Assembly: GCA_947259955.1 (NCBI GenBank)
Contig: CAMYOI010000010.1
Coordinates: 4,185 to 28,184 of the forward strand
Length of the DNA: 24,000 bases
Source: an uncultured Gammaproteobacteria bacterium
Lineage (GTDB): Bacteria > Pseudomonadota > Gammaproteobacteria > Arenicellales > JAANXG01
Direction of reading: 5' to 3'
Both the position numbers and the translations under genes were made by a program. Under the pieces are notes generated by a model, which did not search any database, was not told where the DNA came from, and saw only the letters and a program-made list of their open reading frames with translations. Shown in pieces: positions 8,504 through 17,200 of the stretch (positions are counted from its first letter, which is position 1; each line of letters starts with the position of its first letter).

Positions 8504-8544
8504 CAAAGGCGCTGATACGGAATGTCGCAGATTACTCGCCTTTG
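8504..8544. terminator. inverted repeat between convergent genes (possible bidirectional terminator)
   Basis: caaaggcg (8504-8511) and cgcctttg (8537-8544) form an 8-bp stem with a 25-nt loop, between the EamA stop (8502) and the kinase-aminotransferase stop (8580). The long loop and lack of a clear U-tract make this weak. Confidence 0.2.
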
Positions 8545-8579
8545 AAACTCCATGTATTCGAAAGGGCCGAGGTTTTATC

Positions 8580-10880
8580 TCATACTGCGGCCAGTACTTC
8601 ATCCAGGCAACGCAAGGTCATATCCACATCGGCCTCGTCGATGACCATAGGCGGCTTGAGCTTCAGCACATTGTCTAGCGTCCCATCGGTACTCATGAGT
8701 ATGCCCCGTTCCTTCATCCTGTTTACTATCGACGATGACTCCCGGGCAGCGGGCTCCAGGGTCGCGCGATCGGCGACCAGTTCCACGCCGAGGAACAACC
8801 CTTCTCCGCGCACATCCCCGATAATAGCGTGCCGCTCGGCCAGCCTTTTCAAACCAGTCTGAAAATATTCGCCGAGGTTCAAGGCATGGGCCTGAAGCGA
8901 TTGCTCCTCGATAACATCGAGCACCGCCATGCCTATTGCGCATGAAACTGGATTACCGCCGAAACTGTTGAAATATTCCATGCCAGTGTCGAATGACGCG
9001 GCGATGCCGGGTGTCGTTACCACGGCTGCCATCGGATGCCCATTTCCGATCGGTTTGCCCATGACCACGATATCTGGAACCACGTCCTGCAGTTGAAAGC
9101 CCCAGAAGACCTTCCCAACTCGTCCAAACCCAACCTGGACTTCATCCACGATGCACACGCCGCCTGCTTCCCTGACGTGCCCAAATGCCGTTTCAAGATA
9201 TCCGGCAGGGGGCACGACCTGTCCGCCGCAAGACCAGATCGTCTCCGTGATAAACGCGGCAACCGGACTGTCGACGCGCGCAATGACCTCAGCAACCTCG
9301 TTACCGTACGCAACACCGGCGTCCAAGCCCTGCCCCTTGATTTGTCCGCGATATCCATCCGCCATGGGCACCATGTGCACCCAAGGCTCGGCCTTCGCGG
9401 TCCCGCCAGCACGCATGAATTTATACGGGCTGATGCTGACGAGCCGCTCCGTGTTGCCGTGATATGCGGCATCTACAACGAGAAAATCGCTGCGCTGCGT
9501 ATGGGTACGGGCCAGTCGGAGGGCCAGTTCGTTGGCTTCGCTACCCGAATTGACGAAGTAGCAGACACTCAGCGGATCCGGCAGCGTCGCGCAAAGGCGT
9601 TCGGCATATTCGCTGAGTCCATCGTAGAGATAGCGCGTATTGGTGTTCAGGGTCGCCATCTGTTGATGAGCCGCCGCAACGATGCGTGGATGGCAGTGGC
9701 CCACATGGCATATGTTGTTGACCAAATCCAGATAAGGGCGACCCAGGTGATCGAACAGGAATTGCCCTCGCCCCCGGACCAGTTTCAGCGGTTTGCTGTA
9801 GGCGAGGGAAAGGGAGGGTCCAATGTGGCGTTTCCGGCGTTCGAGCAGCACTTCCGGGGGCGCACCGCTGGATTCCGTCGACCGGTCCGCAATGCCTGAT
9901 GCCAGCTTGTCCAGCGCATCGGAGGGATTGGTGTCGGCAAGCCTTTCCAGCAGGTCCCAGGCTCCGGCTTCGGTAATGAACCAGTTTGGATGCGAGGGGT
10001 CCGCGAGCCTGCGTTCGGCGGCGACGGCAACCGTATTGGCAAGCCGGCCGCAAATCAACGGATATAAAGCATGCAGCTCCGGTTCGGACAGGCGACACAC
10101 CTCGTTGTAGGCAGTAACGATCTTGGCGCCAACAACGAGTGGTTCGGGTGTCCCCAGCATGGCGTAGGCCAGCGTAATTGCCAGGTTGCATATCGACGGA
10201 TTGTACAAGCTGTCACCAAAATCAAGCAGTCCAACCACCCGATTTTGTTCGACGAGGACGTTTTCGTCGTTCAAGTCGTTATGGATAAAGGATTTGGGCA
10301 AATCACCCAACCTGGGCTTCGCATCGGCGGCCCACAGGTGAAAGATCCATTCGAGCAACCTCCGCTTCTGCGGATCGGTTACGAGGGCGACTTTGGGGCG
10401 GTGTTGTGATAGCCGGGCGAGATCCCACCGGTGAGTGCGATGCATTGACGGGTGTACAAAATCCGACAGCGCGCGGTCGAGCTCCGCCAGTCGTTTGCCC
10501 AGATCGGCAAGCAGCTGGTCGTTGTGTTCAGCAAGATCACCCCAAGCGCTGCCGCTGACGAATTCGAGCAGCTGGGCACGACATACGCCATTGCCGTCGT
10601 GGTGCAACTCCGCGGCGGCGTTTCCGGAACGGGTCAGCACCGTGCGCGGCACGCTTAAACCGGACACTTTCTCCGAAACGTGTTGAACCGCACGATACTC
10701 CATGTCGATGATCGAGTTGTCGCGTTCTTCTGGTGCAATCTTCAGAACGTATCGCGCGTCCCGGGATACGTTCACCAGATAGTTGATATTCTCCCCCGCT
10801 AGGCGTGACAGTGTACCGGAGAGCCCGTATTCAGCCCGGAGCAGTTCCTCCACCGCCGCAGCCACATCCAGGCTGTTCAT
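8580..10880 (-). CDS. bifunctional fusion: N-terminal APH/choline-kinase-fold phosphotransferase plus C-terminal class-III aminotransferase-fold PLP enzyme (phospho-lyase-like)
   Basis: 766-aa ORF. The N-terminal half has the kinase catalytic loop [13 protein letters not shown] and LLDFGDS. The C-terminal half has [25 protein letters not shown] and the PLP-lysine motif [16 protein letters not shown]. As I recall, this closely resembles the GKPMGNGHP motif of the AGXT2L1/AGXT2L2 phospho-lyase subfamily. Confidence 0.85.
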   Translation of the reverse strand: MNSLDVAAAVEELLRAEYGLSGTLSRLAGENINYLVNVSRDARYVLKIAPEERDNSIIDMEYRAVQHVSEKVSGLSVPRTVLTRSGNAAAELHHDGNGVCRAQLLEFVSGSAWGDLAEHNDQLLADLGKRLAELDRALSDFVHPSMHRTHRWDLARLSQHRPKVALVTDPQKRRLLEWIFHLWAADAKPRLGDLPKSFIHNDLNDENVLVEQNRVVGLLDFGDSLYNPSICNLAITLAYAMLGTPEPLVVGAKIVTAYNEVCRLSEPELHALYPLICGRLANTVAVAAERRLADPSHPNWFITEAGAWDLLERLADTNPSDALDKLASGIADRSTESSGAPPEVLLERRKRHIGPSLSLAYSKPLKLVRGRGQFLFDHLGRPYLDLVNNICHVGHCHPRIVAAAHQQMATLNTNTRYLYDGLSEYAERLCATLPDPLSVCYFVNSGSEANELALRLARTHTQRSDFLVVDAAYHGNTERLVSISPYKFMRAGGTAKAEPWVHMVPMADGYRGQIKGQGLDAGVAYGNEVAEVIARVDSPVAAFITETIWSCGGQVVPPAGYLETAFGHVREAGGVCIVDEVQVGFGRVGKVFWGFQLQDVVPDIVVMGKPIGNGHPMAAVVTTPGIAASFDTGMEYFNSFGGNPVSCAIGMAVLDVIEEQSLQAHALNLGEYFQTGLKRLAERHAIIGDVRGEGLFLGVELVADRATLEPAARESSSIVNRMKERGILMSTDGTLDNVLKLKPPMVIDEADVDMTLRCLDEVLAAV

Positions 10881-10965
10881 ATTACGGCGGTGGGGTGCGC
10901 GGCATAAATCAATTCAGCAATGTCCGATTCTACCGAATTGACGCAATTCTTGGGCTCGACAACGG

Positions 10966-11715
10966 TCACTGCCATCCGCCATCAGGCCGTCTGAAATTCT
11001 CGAACATTTGCACCATCCAGGGGCGTATCGCCAGTACCAGGGTCGTGCCCCGCCGCTCCACGCTTATCGTTCTCTTGTCTTCCCGCACGCATTGTTCGAA
11101 TTCAGTAACCAGGCGGTACAGCTTGTGGTGGATGGCTTCGATCGACTGATCGGAGATCATGCCGTTGAGAACCAGTCTGAGTTCTCCCGGTCCATCGAAT
11201 TTGGACCGGAAGAATTCGTTCTGGACCTGACTTTCGAACAGTTTCTGAATCGGGCCGTTTTTGCGCCAGGAAAACGTTCGGGACAACCTGACATGCACCT
11301 TGTTTTCAGGCAGCAAGTCGATGATCTTCAGGCGATCGAGTTGAACAAGCAAACGTACCGCCTCCAGGTCATCGATTTCGTAAGTTTGCGTGATCTGATC
11401 TACGGTCCAGTGATTGAACAACAGAAAAGCGATAAGCAAAAGCTTACCGTCGCTTACGAGGTTTTCTTCCTGTTCTACACTGAGTTGCTCCACGTTTCTG
11501 CGGCGCTCGTCGGCGAGGACGATCAGATCGTCCAGTTCCAGTCCTGCCAGTTCACAAACCTGTTCCAATCGTTTCACGCTGAAATTAGAACTTGCAAATA
11601 CCCGCTTGATGGTGGACTCGGACAATCCCAGCTCACGTGCAACATGCGCATAGGTGATGCCCCGGCGCCGAAGTTCGCCCTTCAACAGCTCGATCAGCTC
11701 ATCAGCTTGCCCCAT
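10966..11715 (-). CDS. XRE-family helix-turn-helix transcriptional regulator with an uncharacterised ~180-aa C-terminal domain
   Basis: 249-aa ORF with an N-terminal Cro/C1-type HTH (ITYAHVARELGLSESTIKRVF). It is divergent from the PspA-family gene across a 127-bp AT-rich spacer. Confidence 0.8.
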   Translation of the reverse strand: MGQADELIELLKGELRRRGITYAHVARELGLSESTIKRVFASSNFSVKRLEQVCELAGLELDDLIVLADERRRNVEQLSVEQEENLVSDGKLLLIAFLLFNHWTVDQITQTYEIDDLEAVRLLVQLDRLKIIDLLPENKVHVRLSRTFSWRKNGPIQKLFESQVQNEFFRSKFDGPGELRLVLNGMISDQSIEAIHHKLYRLVTEFEQCVREDKRTISVERRGTTLVLAIRPWMVQMFENFRRPDGGWQ

Positions 11716-11721
11716 ATCAAG

Positions 11722-11744
11722 AAAGTATCATTATTTAATACTTT
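11722..11744. promoter_or_regulatory. inverted repeat in the divergent XRE/PspA promoter region (candidate operator)
   Basis: aaagtat (11722-11728) and atacttt (11738-11744) are exact reverse complements separated by 9 nt. A further agtat occurs at 11751-11755. The repeat lies 7 nt upstream of the regulator start codon. Confidence 0.3.
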
Positions 11745-11842
11745 TTAGCCAGTATATTTACACATTTTTTTAATTGGTTGCTAAATGTAATACCTAATCT
11801 CAAACTCGCAGACACTCATCCCACAAACCAGGAGCAATCAAA

Positions 11843-12490
11843 ATGTCATTGATCAACCGAATATACGCAACCATGACCGCGCGCGTCGACAGAGTCGTCG
11901 GTGAGATGGAGAACCACGACGCCATAATCGAATCCGCCATCAGGGACAACCAGCGGTCGCTGGCGAGGGCAAAAGTAAGATTCAATCGGCTGCAGGCTGA
12001 CGGCGGGCGTCTCAAGCAGCGACTCGAGCACGTCCGAACAGCGGAGGGGCAATGGTCCTCGCGGGCGCAAGACAATGCGGAAAACGATGAACAGATCGCG
12101 CTGCAATGCCTGAAAAAACGGCGAGAATGCCGGCAACAGGTATCGACTCTGGAGAAAGCACTGATCGAACACGAAAATGCGGAAAACCGCTTGTGCCGAG
12201 ACATGTCAAGCGTGGAAGAACGGCTTCGTGATATCAATCAGCAACGCAATCTAATGCGGACGAGGGAGTCCACAGCCGAGGCAATGCGCACCTTCAACGC
12301 GATCAAGGGGTACTGCGGAGTCAATATCGACGATACCTTCGAGAAATGGGAGACCAAAGTTCTGGAGGCGGAACTTGTAAGCGGTGACCTTCAGACCACG
12401 GACGATTTGGAAGAGCGCTTCATCGAAGAAGAGGAAATGGCAGAACTCAGGCTGGAACTGAACGCGCTGACGAGGGAGGACGAAAAATGA
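11843..12490 (+). CDS. PspA/IM30-family protein
   Basis: 215-aa ORF, long coiled-coil. The N-terminus MSLINRIYATMTARVDRVVGEMENHDAIIESAIRD aligns by eye with the PspA/IM30 N-terminal helix (E. coli PspA [36 protein letters not shown]). It has an acidic C-terminus, and AGGAG lies 8 nt upstream of the ATG. Confidence 0.85.
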   Translation: MSLINRIYATMTARVDRVVGEMENHDAIIESAIRDNQRSLARAKVRFNRLQADGGRLKQRLEHVRTAEGQWSSRAQDNAENDEQIALQCLKKRRECRQQVSTLEKALIEHENAENRLCRDMSSVEERLRDINQQRNLMRTRESTAEAMRTFNAIKGYCGVNIDDTFEKWETKVLEAELVSGDLQTTDDLEERFIEEEEMAELRLELNALTREDEK

Positions 12491-13836
12491 ACTCACCTAC
12501 CTTCGAATCGGAAAACCAGGGAATCCGGCGATGGAAAGCGCTGCTTATGATACAGAGTGCGTTCAGCTATGCCACGCTATCGAACCTGCTCCGCTTGCTG
12601 GGTGCGGGTGTGTTGGTGGCCTCCGTCTCGATTTTCCTGCTCAAAGGCTGGGCGACAGGCAACGACATCCAGAGATACTTGATGCTGCTTGGTCATACCG
12701 TTTTACTCTGCGCCACAGGGTTGGGCATCGGTTACTGGATAAAGGAGAGCAAGGGTGCAAGGTTGTTAGTTGCACTTTCCCTGGTTGCCGCCGTGGTGAA
12801 TTTCGCGGTACTTGGTGGGCTTATTTATTCTCAAATCCAATGGGATGACGGCCTGCTTCTCTATCCTACATTCGCCCGCTGGCAGGCTGGTTCACCGGTT
12901 GCGGCGCTTATCACCGCAGGCGTAGCCTGGATGTTTCTCGCGCCGGTTGCCTGGATTGCGTTCCTAACTCTGGCTCGACGCTCGGCATCACAACTCACGC
13001 TCCTTTTCATGGCCACCGGCAGTATGCTGTTGATACCGGTCAGACAGACCGACCCGATCGCCGTGCTGTTTCTTTTGACAACGGTGGTGCTGTTGCCACG
13101 GGTAGTCAGGTTGAAGCATGTCGATAGCACCCTCGCCACCCCGGAAGGCCGCTTCGCACGCTGGGTCATTTTTGCTCCGGTGGCAATTCTGGTTGGTCGG
13201 GGCATGTACCTGTACAGCGCGGATCTGGTGTTGTTTTCCGTGATATCGGCATCGATCTTCCTTGTGCTGCGGCAATTCTCGTCTGACCGGGATCTGTCAC
13301 AGAAGTCGACGGTCATCATCAATCGCCTGTCGGTTGTTCCGGCGATCTCGACTGCCCTCGGCACCACGGCCATTGCCGCCGACGCGAACTGGTTGGTGTT
13401 TCCTGCATACATTCCATTGTTCGCAATTACCGCGTCGGTACTATTCGTCGATATATCCCTGCGTTCCATCTCCGGCGGCAGCGGCTATCGGCGATTGGCG
13501 TGCCTCACCATGGCAGGCGCCATGCTCGCCAATCTCTGGGTATTTCCGGGTCTGGCCACGGCGATTGTCTGCCTGGCAACCGGTCTGGCAATTTCTATAT
13601 TCGGCTACTCGGTGCAGCAGCGCATCGTCTTCGTCGCCGGACTGCTTACCCTCATCGCCGGCGTGCTGCACCAGTGCCGGATCGCGTTCATCTTGTTCGA
13701 TTGGGAAAACTGGGCCGTCCTCGCACTCATCGGCATCATCGCCATCGTCGCGGCTTCAATACTGGAGCGCCACGGAACCGTCCTGCGCGCCCGCATAACG
13801 AACTGGCGGCAATCACTGGGAAACTGGCAATACTAA
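12487..13836 (+). CDS. polytopic integral membrane protein, unknown family
   Basis: 449-aa ORF with roughly 10-12 hydrophobic segments and no recognisable motif. Its ATG overlaps the PspA stop (ATGA at 12487-12490), implying translational coupling. Confidence 0.75.
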   Translation: MNSPTFESENQGIRRWKALLMIQSAFSYATLSNLLRLLGAGVLVASVSIFLLKGWATGNDIQRYLMLLGHTVLLCATGLGIGYWIKESKGARLLVALSLVAAVVNFAVLGGLIYSQIQWDDGLLLYPTFARWQAGSPVAALITAGVAWMFLAPVAWIAFLTLARRSASQLTLLFMATGSMLLIPVRQTDPIAVLFLLTTVVLLPRVVRLKHVDSTLATPEGRFARWVIFAPVAILVGRGMYLYSADLVLFSVISASIFLVLRQFSSDRDLSQKSTVIINRLSVVPAISTALGTTAIAADANWLVFPAYIPLFAITASVLFVDISLRSISGGSGYRRLACLTMAGAMLANLWVFPGLATAIVCLATGLAISIFGYSVQQRIVFVAGLLTLIAGVLHQCRIAFILFDWENWAVLALIGIIAIVAASILERHGTVLRARITNWRQSLGNWQY

Positions 13837-13866
13837 ACCGCATTTCTCGCCAGGCGGCTATGCGGT
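13837..13866 (+). terminator. hairpin immediately after the membrane-protein stop codon
   Basis: accgcat (13837-13843) pairs with atgcggt (13860-13866), with an internal GC-rich sub-stem. There is no following U-tract, so function as an intrinsic terminator is uncertain. Confidence 0.3.
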
Positions 13867-13943
13867 GAGATCAATGGGGTCCGACACGATTGAATTACGT
13901 GGAGCTATCTGTTTTGAATATCGACCGTGTCTGACCCAATTGG

Positions 13944-14285
13944 TTAAGCCTGACAGATTTTATGAGCCATGATCGAATAAACTATTAACAACATGATAAA
14001 GATGGTCGCCATCCACGTAAGAAGTCGAAAAAGCCTGTATCTCCGCTGAACGTCGGTCGGAACATCCGCCAGTGACTCCGCAAGCTCTCTAAGCGCTACG
14101 GTCTGGCGCGGGATAGCAAGCAGGATACTTGACAATATATAGATCGAGGCTTTTTTACGTGTACCCTTGATATCGTCGTGATCCATAAGCAACTTACGCC
14201 GTATTAACGCCCGAACGAACAGCAAAATCAACGCCCCGCCGTACAGGAAGACAACTACAGAAAGACACTGCAACTTGCCAATCAT
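13944..14285 (-). CDS. small 3-TM membrane protein; candidate immunity protein for the RHS C-terminal toxin
   Basis: 113-aa ORF with three hydrophobic segments (LSVVVFLYGGALILLFVRAL, IYILSSILLAI, LLTWMATIFIMLLIVYSIM). Its start overlaps the RHS stop (ATGA, 14282-14285). It is strongly AT-rich compared with its flanks: a 60-nt sample at its 3' end is 18/60 GC. The position immediately downstream of a polymorphic-toxin C-terminal domain is the canonical immunity position. Confidence 0.55.
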   Translation of the reverse strand: MIGKLQCLSVVVFLYGGALILLFVRALIRRKLLMDHDDIKGTRKKASIYILSSILLAIPRQTVALRELAESLADVPTDVQRRYRLFRLLTWMATIFIMLLIVYSIMAHKICQA

Positions 14286-17200
14286 TGTCGTTTAACAACA
14301 AGACATAGCAAAGTAGGGCCATTGGCAAGCGCGGATGCGATTATTGGTCCCGCCTTTTGCTCAGCTAAGCTCAAGTAATGATGCTCCGCCTGCAGAGCCG
14401 CAGCCCCCAGTATCATAATATTTGTCATGATCCCGAAATATGGGCCTGCTCCATACCCCACACCTAGTGCCAGCAAATTTGGCCCTGCGTCAAACGTCCC
14501 CCGAGCGTTGATTGAAATTTGATCGTGGACTTGCCAATCATCACAATCATCCGTGCACTCCACATCAATATTGACGTACCCCCTCGCATGGCCATACAAA
14601 CGTAGAAGGTGCAAATAACCCCACTTCGAAACCGATGGAGAAATAAAATCCCAGCCGTCAACCCCTATATCATTTACATTGAAGCGAGGGGGCTCAATCC
14701 ATATTCCCTGTGCTAATAGTCCTAAAGGGTCAATAAACGTATTCGGATTTGCGCTGCCATACAAGTAGTTATTTGACCCGCTAAACAGCCCAATCGGATC
14801 ACTCGTGATGTACCGCCCGCTTTTTGGATCGTAGTACCGATTCCAGTTGTAATGCAGCCCTGACTCCGAGTCATAGTACTGGCCCGGGAACCTCAGATTG
14901 AGGATGACTTTCTTGCCGTCAGCGTCCGGATCCTTGTCGGGTCGGGTCAAGCCGAACGGTTCACTGTCCCAGCGCCATTTAACGGTCTTGTTTTCGTCCA
15001 GGCCCAGCCTGGGAGTGTTCAAATGGTCGGTGACCAGATAAATTCTCTGTCTTTCCTTCAGCAGCCCCGCGTTCGTGCGTTTGACCTTTGCGTATAAAAC
15101 CGGTTGGTCGCCGGCCCACACATAGTCTTTGATCGGCTTGCCGCTCGACCCGTCGCTTTCCCCAATCAGGTGACCATTCTTATCGTAGTGGTAGACGACA
15201 CGATTGCCTGCCTTTACCTTGTGCACCCTCCGCCCCAGGTAGTCGTAGACATAGGCTGCTTTCAATTCACCGTTTTTTAAGTAAGCGTCAACTCGACCAG
15301 CCTGATTGTAAGCAAATGATCTACGGCCCGATCGCGCGCCGGTCTGGTGCCCGGCAAGATCGTGCACCACGGCACGGCCGCCAGCCCTGACCAGCAGATT
15401 GCTCCCAGGCATGTAAACGTATTCCCGGATTGCGCCATCCTTAACCATCGTCTCGCGGTTGCCGTTCGGATCATAACCATATTGAAAGTCCGGCAGCGGC
15501 CCTGATCCGATTTCCAGATCGTCGATCAGCCTGTCCAATTGATCGTAGCCATACTCCCTGCTGCTGGTATTCTGTATCAGCGACACAAGGTTGCCATTGG
15601 GATCGTATCGATGTGAGCGCTCTTCCAGGACTCCGACACTCTGTTCATTCATTCTGCCCTTCAGGTCATGAGTGCGCGATTCCACGATTCCGTTACCAAA
15701 CGTCTGGCCAAGGAGAGCTCCATCGGCGCGCCAGGCTCGCCCGGTAAGCACATCTGTAATGTCGCCACCGACCGTCGTGCGGACATCTGTAATGCGTCCT
15801 GCCCAATCGCGGACGTATTCGACAAGTCTGCCGCTCGGGTACCCCATAGAGATGATCCGGTCGGCGCGGTCATAGGCATAACGGGTGACGTAGCTCATTC
15901 CTTCAATGGTTCGCTTTTCCATCACCACATTACCCCATACATCATACTCGTAGGATATCTCGCCGGACTGGTCCAGCACCCTGCAAATTCGCCCCGTCCC
16001 GTTATCGCAAGTGTCGTAGCCGATGGTGACATCTTCAGACGCACCCGGGTAATCAACGGCGATAAGACGATCCAGAGCGTCATAAGCATATGTGGCGGTG
16101 ATATCACGCGCGTCATTGATGCTGACCACGTTGCCTGCGGCATCATAGGAATAGCGCGCTACACCCCGGTCCGGACTGGACTCTCTCAGCAGGTTACCGA
16201 GATCGTCGTATTCATAAGTCGTCGATGCGCCGTTTGGAGCCGATACGCCGACGAGATGGTTCTGAGTGTCGTATTCGAATTCCGTCGAATTCGATAACGC
16301 GTCCAGTGTTTGCGTCAATCTTCCCAGCCCATCGTAATGGTGTGTCGTCGGCGGGTTGAGATTCGGATCGGTTTGACTCACTAAATCCCCGGCCGCGTCG
16401 TAGACCGTTTGCACGATTGACCCGGCCGTATTGGTTTGTGCTACGCGGTCTCTCAGATCAAATGCAGCCTGCGCCCACCGTACCTGCCGACCAAGGGGAT
16501 CACTAATTTCCTGCCGTACCTTGTTGCCTTTAAGATCGTAGGCATAGTCGATGGTGTTCCCCAGATTGTCTGTGATTGAACCCAGATTATGTGCGGCGTC
16601 GTAGCTATATGTGAATGTGACGCCATCCGCCATCATAGCGGATAAAAGCTGCCCCTCGTTGTCATGAGACATGGCTGTGGGTCTCGTCTCTCCACTAGGA
16701 GCAATTCGAGTGACACGTGTTATCCGGTTACGCAGATCATATTTCCAGGTTGTCACTACACCCAGTGGATCCGTGGATTGAGTCAGCAAACCCCTATCAT
16801 CGTAAGTATCGAACGTTGTAGTGTGACCCAGAGCGTTGCTTCGACTCGCCAGCTGGCCGCACTCCGCGCCGCTATCGCAATCATGGTAGGACATCGTCAT
16901 GGCGTCGTCGACGTCTGTTCTGGGTCCGTCAATGCCGATGACCCGCCCAACATCATCACGCTCGAATGAGCTGATTCTGGAAAGCACGTTTCCCGCCTTG
17001 TCGAACCCCTTTATCGAGACGGAAGTGATATTCAAATTCTCGTCGTACGTACTCGACGTTTCCCTGCTGAACCCGGCTGCAACGCTGGAGCTGATCACCC
17101 GGGTTGGCAGGTTGATATTGGGCGAAACATACTCATACCGCGTCGTTCTCTCCTGTAAGGTTCCCGTCGCTTCGGTCGTCGACACCTTTTGATTGTTCGT

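Noticed and set aside
11008-11748. 246-aa plus-strand ORF almost exactly antisense to the XRE regulator. Similar long antisense or alternative-frame ORFs occur at 9036..9899, 3225..3731, 12861..13469, 15668..16297, 19994..20713, 20083..20796, 7764..8420 and 135..566.
   Set aside because: Each overlaps a gene with clear family motifs on the other strand or frame. Their translations are Arg/Pro/Ala-rich with no motifs, as expected for stop-poor shadow frames in GC-rich DNA.
11760-11842. Possible sigma54 (GG-N10-GC) promoter upstream of the PspA-family gene, by analogy with E. coli pspA
   Set aside because: The only TGG...TTGC-like string (aattggttgctaa) has the wrong spacing, and no PspF-like activator is nearby.
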